From an uncultured Methanosarcinales archaeon (GTDB lineage Archaea; Nanobdellota; Nanobdellia; Woesearchaeales; GW2011-AR9): DNA of 64,000 bases. Of the stretch, positions 57,497 to 64,000 are shown piece by piece. The stretch covers positions 472,705-536,704 of the forward strand of contig CAYFJV010000001.1 in NCBI GenBank assembly GCA_964343575.1, written 5' to 3'. The position numbers and the translations under genes are program-made. Under the pieces are notes generated by a model that worked only from the letters and a program-made list of their open reading frames with translations, was not told the DNA's origin and searched no databases. Within the stretch, counting starts at the first letter, position 1; the number at the start of each line of letters is the position of its first letter.

Positions 57497-58012
57497 ATGG
57501 CAAGAATTTCTGTTAGAAAGTTAATGAGAAATGATGACCCTTCTGGGTTTACAAGAGTCAAAGTTGAAAGCGGAGAAGAATACACTGAAGAGGAAAAGCG
57601 TGAATCTTGGTGGAGAAGAATTATTCCAATTAGGCCTGGTTCTCTTGGACCAACTAGAGCAAGGATGAAACTTTATATGGGAGACCGGGTTCTTGAGGAT
57701 GAAGCAATCACCCTTCCAAGAAGTGAGGAACAAATCACTTTTGGAAGGAGTACCAAAGCTATGATTGCTGCTCCTTCTGCAGCCCAGGTAGTCTCCACTA
57801 ATCAAGGCGTTTTTGTTAGAAAAGATGGAGGAAAACTTTTCTACAAAGAAAATCCAAGAGTCAAATTTGGGTCAAAGATAAAAAGAAAGGGCAGTTTAAC
57901 GCCTTTGGTTCCAAATGTTGAACACCGTATCTTTCATAAAGACGTTCTTGTAATTGAAAGTGGTACTAAAGGCGCAGGCAAACTTGCTCGCTTTGAAATC
58001 GAGTTTAGATGA
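57497..58012 (+). CDS. FHA-like domain protein
   Basis: ITFGRS, VVSTNQ, KFGS and KDVLVI resemble FHA GR / SxxH / NG blocks; degenerate. Confidence 0.55.
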   Translation: MARISVRKLMRNDDPSGFTRVKVESGEEYTEEEKRESWWRRIIPIRPGSLGPTRARMKLYMGDRVLEDEAITLPRSEEQITFGRSTKAMIAAPSAAQVVSTNQGVFVRKDGGKLFYKENPRVKFGSKIKRKGSLTPLVPNVEHRIFHKDVLVIESGTKGAGKLARFEIEFR

Positions 58013-58043
58013 TTATTGTTTTTTATCCTTTTTCTTACTTCTT

Positions 58044-59420
58044 TTATTCTCCTTCAAACTCAACTAAGGAGAACACATTGTGCCCTGCTGCTCTTAACTT
58101 CTCTGCACCTTTAAGATCAGGCAAGTCAATGACAAAGGCAAGGCTTTCTATTCTTGCTCCAAGCTGTTCAATAAGTTTTGCTGCTGCAAGTGCGGTTCCT
58201 CCCGTTGCTAAAAGATCATCAAGAATAAGTACCTTGTCTCCTGCCTGGATTGAGCTTTTATGCAGCTCGAGGGCAGCGCTTCCGTATTCTAAATTGTAAG
58301 ATTCTGAGATTGTTTGATGTGGAAGTTTTCCTTTCTTTCTTAGAAGAACTAGGGGGAGTTTTAATTCTTGAGCAAGAAGGGCTGCAAAAATAAACCCTCG
58401 CGCGTCAATGCCAGCCACCTTTGTGATACCTTTGTTTTGGTAACGTTCTTTGAACTTTTTTACAGTGTAGGCGAGGGCTTGTGGGTTTTCTAAAAGTGTA
58501 GTGATGTCACGAAACATAATGCCGGGCTTTGGCCAGTTTGGAACGGTTCGAATCCTTGTTTTGAGATCAAATGTTTCTGTTGTTTCTGAAGCCCAGTGAT
58601 TGGGTTGAGCTAAGAATTCTTCTCTTGGTTTTCCATTCACCACTGCGGTTTTGAAATCTTCTTGACAAGAACACTGCCAAGCTGCGATTCTAGGAATGGT
58701 ATTGATAAAAAGTTCGATCACATTTTGTGCATTTTGTTTGAAGACCTTGAGTACTTCCTCCCAACTTACTTTTTCCTCACTAGATCTCCAAGAATCATAA
58801 TCTGTTGACATAGCAACTGCAGCATAACAAAGCCCTGCTTCCCTAGCAAGAACTGCTTCTGGAACTGTGGACATGTTGATTACATCTGCTCCCCAAGATC
58901 TGAATAAGTGAGATTCTGCTCGGCTTGAAAAGCGAGGACCCTCAATGGTAATAACTGTTCCTTGTTCATGATATCGGAGTTGTAGTTCCTTTGCAACTTG
59001 AGCATAAGTGTTGCGAATCTTTTGGCAAAAAGGATCTGCCATTGGAATATGACTTACTTTTCCTTGCTCATAGAAAGTTTGTTTTCGTTTTGTCGTGCGA
59101 TCAATAAACTGGTCAATAAAAACAAGATCTCCTGGTTTTATCTCTTCTCTTAAGGAGCCCACCGCAGTGGATGCAAGAATGTGTGTACAGCCCTCCTGTT
59201 TGAGCGCAAAGATATTCGCTTGATTATTTACCAGAGTTGGCATGATGCTATGATCTCTTCCGTGTCTTGCCAGAAGAACTACTTGAACACCAGCAATGCT
59301 GCCAATCTTAAGTGCAGAAGAAGGTGTACCAAAAGGTGTTTCAACATTTTTGTCATAGGCGTCCTTGAGAATGTTAGGGTTGTCTAATCCAGAGCCACCG
59401 ATAATGCCTATTTTTACCAT
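58044..59420 (-). CDS. mtnP-apt: fusion of methylthioadenosine phosphorylase and adenine phosphoribosyltransferase
   Basis: N-half [27 protein letters not shown]-half [36 protein letters not shown]. Confidence 0.93.
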   Translation of the reverse strand: MVKIGIIGGSGLDNPNILKDAYDKNVETPFGTPSSALKIGSIAGVQVVLLARHGRDHSIMPTLVNNQANIFALKQEGCTHILASTAVGSLREEIKPGDLVFIDQFIDRTTKRKQTFYEQGKVSHIPMADPFCQKIRNTYAQVAKELQLRYHEQGTVITIEGPRFSSRAESHLFRSWGADVINMSTVPEAVLAREAGLCYAAVAMSTDYDSWRSSEEKVSWEEVLKVFKQNAQNVIELFINTIPRIAAWQCSCQEDFKTAVVNGKPREEFLAQPNHWASETTETFDLKTRIRTVPNWPKPGIMFRDITTLLENPQALAYTVKKFKERYQNKGITKVAGIDARGFIFAALLAQELKLPLVLLRKKGKLPHQTISESYNLEYGSAALELHKSSIQAGDKVLILDDLLATGGTALAAAKLIEQLGARIESLAFVIDLPDLKGAEKLRAAGHNVFSLVEFEGE

Positions 59421-59479
59421 GCTACTAAGAGTAATTTCAAATCAGAAGATATATAAATATTTAGAGCTTAAAGTGGAGT

Positions 59480-60802
59480 ATGGTAAAAGGTGTGGCTGCA
59501 AAGCCAGGAGATCAGGTGCAAATTACTTCTGAAGGGCACAAAGAAGAAGGAATCTTAATGCCGAGCTTTGATGACTCTGTTATTCTTATTAAGCTAGATA
59601 CTGGTTATAATATTGGTTTTGAAAAGAAAAAGGCTAAAGTGAAAGTGCTTGAAAAAGCAAAAGAAAAGAAAGCTAAAAAGAGTAAAGTTGCTAAAAGGAA
59701 GGATCTTCCTACAATCGCTGTTTTGCATACTGGGGGAACCATTGCTTCTAAGGTCGATTACCGAACAGGGGGGGTTTCTACCTTGTTTTCTCCGGAAGAA
59801 CTGTTGAATTTATTTCCTGAGTTGAAAGATATTGCTAACGTTGAATCAGAATTAATTGCCCAAATGTGGAGTGATGATCTACGATTTAAGCACTTTGCAG
59901 TTGTTGCCAAAAAGATTGAAGAGTATGTGAAGAAAGGAGTTTCTGGGATCATTATCGGCTCAGGGACTGATAACCTTGCAGTCTTTAGTGCAGCACTTTC
60001 TTTTATTATTGAGAAATGTCCAGTTCCAATTTTGGTACTTGGAGCTCAGCGAAGTTCCGATCGAGGAAGCAGCGATGCTGCGATGAATCTTATTTGCGCT
60101 GCAGAATTTATTGTCAAAGCTAAAGATTTTGGTGGCGTTGGTATTTGTATGCACCACAGTGGTGAAGATGATAGCTGCGCAATTTTACCTGCGAACAAGA
60201 CTTACAAAATTCATACTTCAAGGCGTGATGCGTTTAAGTCAATTAATGCTGATCCAATTGCTTTTGTTGATTACAAAACACGAAGGGTGAAGTTTACTGG
60301 TGCTTGGTATCCTAAAAAAAGTGCTGAGAAGGGCAGTAAGGGTTTAGTAATTAAGCCAAAGATGGAAGAAAAAGTGGGATTACTTAAGATTCATATTAAT
60401 ATGTTCCCAGAGCAGTTTGAATTCTTTTTAGATAAAGGGTTTAAAGGATTGATTGTTGAAGGGACCGGGCTTGGGCACACTCCTGGCCATGTGCCGAACG
60501 ATCTTGCTAAGATTCATAAAAAAATCTTGCCTGCCATTAAGAAACTGGTTGATTCTGGTTGTGTAGTTGTAATGACCAGCCAGTGCATTTTTGGTTCGGT
60601 CAACTTGAATGTGTATGACAAAGGGCGTGACCTGTTAAATTGTGGGGTGCTTTCTGGGGAGGATATGATTGCAAACACTGCACTTGTGAAGCTTGCTTGG
60701 CTCCTTGGGAATTATAAGGTAGAAGAAGTTAAAAGGCTTGTTGGTGAAAATCTTCGTGGAGAGATTAATACTGCTATTGAGTACAAAGAAAAGTTTGTTT
60801 GA
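59480..60802 (+). CDS. gatD: Glu-tRNA(Gln) amidotransferase subunit D
   Basis: IKLDTGYNIG, TGGTIASKVDYRTG, GTD, GAQRSSDRGSSD, HTSRRDAF. Confidence 0.95.
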   Translation: MVKGVAAKPGDQVQITSEGHKEEGILMPSFDDSVILIKLDTGYNIGFEKKKAKVKVLEKAKEKKAKKSKVAKRKDLPTIAVLHTGGTIASKVDYRTGGVSTLFSPEELLNLFPELKDIANVESELIAQMWSDDLRFKHFAVVAKKIEEYVKKGVSGIIIGSGTDNLAVFSAALSFIIEKCPVPILVLGAQRSSDRGSSDAAMNLICAAEFIVKAKDFGGVGICMHHSGEDDSCAILPANKTYKIHTSRRDAFKSINADPIAFVDYKTRRVKFTGAWYPKKSAEKGSKGLVIKPKMEEKVGLLKIHINMFPEQFEFFLDKGFKGLIVEGTGLGHTPGHVPNDLAKIHKKILPAIKKLVDSGCVVVMTSQCIFGSVNLNVYDKGRDLLNCGVLSGEDMIANTALVKLAWLLGNYKVEEVKRLVGENLRGEINTAIEYKEKFV

Positions 60803-60812
60803 GGTTACTACA

Positions 60813-61106
60813 ATGGAAATGGGGAAAAAGATGTTGTTTGGTGTTACGTTTCTTGTTTTGATCAGTTTCTTACTCTCTGCCTGCAGTTCTGGTGTTGCAG
60901 GAGTTCCAAAAGAGCAGCAATGTTCCGTTGATGCTGATTGTGTGCCTGCTGTTTGTTGTCATGCCGATGCTGGCGTTAATAAAAACTATGCTCCAGATTG
61001 TAGTGGCGTGCTTTGTACCGCTTCTTGCGAGCCGGGAACACTTGATTGTAACCAAGCGGAACTTGCTTGTGTGAGTGGTGCTTGCGTACTTGTTGCAAAT
61101 GAATAG
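60813..61106 (+). CDS. Cys-rich lipoprotein
   Basis: LSAC lipobox; CSVDADC...C.SGAC cysteine cluster. Confidence 0.75.
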   Translation: MEMGKKMLFGVTFLVLISFLLSACSSGVAGVPKEQQCSVDADCVPAVCCHADAGVNKNYAPDCSGVLCTASCEPGTLDCNQAELACVSGACVLVANE

Positions 61107-61142
61107 GTAGGGACTTGGGGTAGTTGGAGATAGGTGTAAGCT

Positions 61143-61835
61143 ATGAGAAAAAAGGCAAAGGGTGTTTTACGTGATTTTACGCGAGACATTGTTTTTGGTA
61201 TGGAGGATGGTCTTGTCTCTAATTTAGGCGTTGTCTTTGCTGTTTGGGTTGCAGGAGCTGGACAACAAACCGTTTTGCTTGCGGGCCTTGCAAGTTTGTT
61301 TGCTGGAAGTTTGAGTATGTCTGCGGGATCTTATTTATCTTCTAAATCGCAACGTGAGGTCTATGAATCAGAGATTGCTCGCACGCAAAGATTAATTGAA
61401 AGATCACCAAAGAAGGCACTTAAAGAACTGCAAGTTGAACTGAGAAAAGAAGGTTTTGATGCTGATGAGATTGAGATTATGAGCAAACACTTTATTGAGC
61501 ATAACGAAGATACCTTTTTGCAAAATTATATTCAAAAAAAGTTGAAATTATCTGTAGAACGTTTTGATCATCCTTGGAAGAATGCTTTTGCAATGTTTTT
61601 GGCATTTTCACTTGGAAGCGTGTTCCCTATCTTTCCTTTCTTTTTCTCTGGAAGTTATGTGGGTATGTGGATCTCTGGAGGGTTAACTATTTTTGTCTTA
61701 TTCTTAGTTGGTGTGGTGAAGAGTTCAGTGAGTCATAGAAACTGGTTAAAATCAGGTTTAGAAATGGTTTTGCTAGGTGCAGGTGCGGGTTTGTTTGGTT
61801 ATCTGATTGGGCTGGTGTTTGGAGTAGTTATTTAG
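61143..61835 (+). CDS. VIT1/CCC1-family Fe/Mn transporter
   Basis: DIVFGMEDGLVS, AGSLSMSAGSYLSSKS. Confidence 0.92.
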   Translation: MRKKAKGVLRDFTRDIVFGMEDGLVSNLGVVFAVWVAGAGQQTVLLAGLASLFAGSLSMSAGSYLSSKSQREVYESEIARTQRLIERSPKKALKELQVELRKEGFDADEIEIMSKHFIEHNEDTFLQNYIQKKLKLSVERFDHPWKNAFAMFLAFSLGSVFPIFPFFFSGSYVGMWISGGLTIFVLFLVGVVKSSVSHRNWLKSGLEMVLLGAGAGLFGYLIGLVFGVVI

Positions 61836-61906
61836 TCTTGCTTGCTTCTTTGGATAAGCTTTAAATAGAATGATCTTTGCAGGATTTTTGCTCTTTACTC
61901 TTTTAT

Positions 61907-61990
61907 GCGAGGGTGGGAGAGTGGTCAAATCCGCAGCCTTGAGGGGGCTGTCCCTAAGTGGGTACGCGTGTTCGAGTCACGTCCCTCGCA
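61907..61990 (+). tRNA. tRNA-Leu(GAG)
   Basis: GCGAGGG/CCCTCGC acceptor, CAGCC-TTGAGGG-GGCTG anticodon arm, long variable arm, TTCGAGT T loop. Confidence 0.95.
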
Positions 61991-62082
61991 TATTTTTTCT
62001 TCTTGGCTTTGGTTAACCCTGTTAAGTTTCTTCGTCGGTAGAAAGACATATAAAGCTGCTTAATTCTTGCAAATTGTTTCTC

Positions 62083-63072
62083 ATGGCCAATGCAATAACT
62101 ATAAAAAATTTGACGAAGACTTACGCCGGAAGTGAAGGTAACTTTCAAGCGCTTTCTGGGATTGATTTAGAGATTAAAGAAGGAGAGTTCTTTGCCTTAC
62201 TTGGTCCAAACGGGGCAGGAAAGAGCACCACCATTCACGTTCTGACAAGTTTAGCAGTCAAAACAAGTGGTGAAGTTAAAATTTTTAGTTATGATATTGA
62301 AAAAGATCACATTAAAGCTCGAGAACAAATTGGCTTGGTTCCTCAAGAATTTAATATGGATATTTTTGAGCAAGTTGAAAAGTTGCTTTGGTTTAATGCA
62401 GGTTATTATGGTATTCCTCGATCAAAAAGGATGAAAAGAATTGATGAGGTTTTGAAACTTACTGGTTTAACTGAGAAGCGAAAAAACAAGGTTATTACGC
62501 TTAGTGGTGGAATGAAGCGTAAACTCATGATTGCAAGGGCCCTGCTCCATAAACCAAAGATTTTGATTTTAGACGAGCCAACAGCAGGTGTTGATGTAGA
62601 GACTCGCCAACAGATGTGGGATTTCTTGAAGAAGCTAAACAAAGAGAGTAAAATTACCTTCTTACTTACTACACATTATATTGAAGAGGCGGAACAGCTC
62701 TGTGAGCGTATCGCCATCATTCAAAAAGGAAAAATTGTTGCTTGTGATGCTAAAGAGAAAATTATGAAAGAGTTTGGTCGTGATGAAGTGCGTGTAGAAC
62801 TAAGTAAGAAAGTAAGTGAAAAAGAACTTGCCAAGGTCTTGAAAGATTACGAATATGAGAATGGTGGAAGATCTGTGAGTATTAGCATTCCTTCTGAAAA
62901 TTTTGATTATAATAAACTCGTTGAAAAATTGACTAAGCTGCCATTAGAAAAAATTACAACAAAGGAGAAAAGTCTTGAGGAGATCTTTGTTGATTTGACC
63001 CACAAGTATGGTGACGAACATAAAGCTGGAGCTGAAAAGAAAAAGAACAAGGAAAAAGGTGAGGAAAAATGA
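62083..63072 (+). CDS. ABC-2 exporter ATP-binding subunit (YadG-like)
   Basis: GPNGAGKST, LSGGM, LILDEP, TTH. Confidence 0.95.
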   Translation: MANAITIKNLTKTYAGSEGNFQALSGIDLEIKEGEFFALLGPNGAGKSTTIHVLTSLAVKTSGEVKIFSYDIEKDHIKAREQIGLVPQEFNMDIFEQVEKLLWFNAGYYGIPRSKRMKRIDEVLKLTGLTEKRKNKVITLSGGMKRKLMIARALLHKPKILILDEPTAGVDVETRQQMWDFLKKLNKESKITFLLTTHYIEEAEQLCERIAIIQKGKIVACDAKEKIMKEFGRDEVRVELSKKVSEKELAKVLKDYEYENGGRSVSISIPSENFDYNKLVEKLTKLPLEKITTKEKSLEEIFVDLTHKYGDEHKAGAEKKKNKEKGEEK

Positions 63073-63833
63073 ATCAGTTGGTTGCACTTCTTACCTTAGT
63101 TGAGAGAGAGCTGAGCAGGATCTTTAGAATCTGGAGACAGACCATTGTACCACCAGTAATGACTGCAGCATTGTACATTCTTATCTTTGGTTATTCTTTA
63201 GGGAGCAGAATTGATCTTGGCACAGGAGTAGATTATCTTACCTTTATCTTTCCAGGTCTTGTTATCATGGGAGTAATTACTAGCTCTTATTCACAAAGTT
63301 CTTTCTCTTTATTTATCAACAAGTTTCACAGGAGCATTCAAGAACTCCTTGCATCCCCCATGTCTTATCTAAGCATTAATGCAGGTTATACCTTAGGAGG
63401 AATTGTTCGATCTTCTCTTGTAGGGGTCTCTACCTACCTAGTTGGCTTTCTCTTAGCAGGAGTTACTATTGCGTACCCACTTTTGGCTTTGTATATCGTA
63501 CTGATCACAGGAATTATCTTTGCACAGTTTGGGATTATAACAGCAATGTGGGCGCAAGATTTTGATCAAGTGAATGTGTTTGTAGTCTTTTTGATCACGC
63601 CGTTGATTTATCTTGGAGGAGTTTTCTATTCAGTGGAGATGCTTCCACCATTTTGGAGATCAATTTCACAGTTTAACCCAATTTTTTATCTAGTGGATAG
63701 TTTTCGCTTTGCTTTTATCGGCAGCTCAGATACCAATGTCTTTTTGAGTGTGGCAGTAGCTACCTTAATTGCGATTGTTTTGGTTTCAGCTGCTATGTAT
63801 CTGATGAGAAAAGGATATAAGATAAAGAGTTAA
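63069..63833 (+). CDS. ABC-2 permease (YadH-like)
   Basis: RIWRQTIVPP, YLGGVFYS, NPIFY. Confidence 0.92.
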   Translation: MNQLVALLTLVERELSRIFRIWRQTIVPPVMTAALYILIFGYSLGSRIDLGTGVDYLTFIFPGLVIMGVITSSYSQSSFSLFINKFHRSIQELLASPMSYLSINAGYTLGGIVRSSLVGVSTYLVGFLLAGVTIAYPLLALYIVLITGIIFAQFGIITAMWAQDFDQVNVFVVFLITPLIYLGGVFYSVEMLPPFWRSISQFNPIFYLVDSFRFAFIGSSDTNVFLSVAVATLIAIVLVSAAMYLMRKGYKIKS

Positions 63834-63924
63834 TTTTGTCTATCTTTCTTCTTTTGGTTAGTTTTTCTGGAAAATTTTATAAAAAATGTTCTTTTTAGGA
63901 TATTTCTGGTGTTTGGAGAATGAG

Positions 63925-64000
63925 ATGGACCATAAAAATAGAAGGAGAAGCAGATGTATTTTTGGGACAAGCCTAGTTGCTTCTCTATTAGTTGGTTCTG
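63925..64000 (+). CDS. partial secreted protein, runs off the right edge
   Basis: MDHKNRRRSRCIFGTSLVASLLVGS looks like a signal peptide; TTTTATAAA upstream. Confidence 0.4.
   Translation, partial: MDHKNRRRSRCIFGTSLVASLLVGS

Overview
This is an AT-rich, gene-dense archaeal window. aIF2-gamma, TFB, Cdc6/Orc1, Alba, eL33/L35Ae, eS17, the uL1-uL10-P1 operon, GatD and PolB mark it as archaeal. The compact layout, mostly leaderless genes with TTTATAAA-like boxes, and the small-genome gene mix suggest a DPANN lineage such as Woesearchaeota (inference). It holds about 65 CDSs and three tRNAs: Val-GAC with an intron, Asn-GTT and Leu-GAG. No rRNA, CRISPR array, integrase or transposase was found. Unusual content: (1) a Delta9-type fatty-acyl desaturase fused to a degenerate HlyIII/PAQR domain; (2) an intact sigma54-type enhancer-binding ATPase, although archaea have no sigma54; (3) singleton genes scattered between housekeeping genes, AGA/AGG-rich where checked, including a receptor-like PP2C, a kinase, an FHA-like protein, a receiver domain and a pentein; (4) four HIT domains, all lacking the catalytic His, present as both a split pair and a fused pair; (5) an MTAP-APRT fusion; (6) a 1249-aa probable trimeric fibre surface protein; (7) a tRNA-like minihelix upstream of tRNA-Val and a structured intergenic element. 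All calls come from motif recognition by eye, with no database searches. Several start codons were moved from the ORF track.
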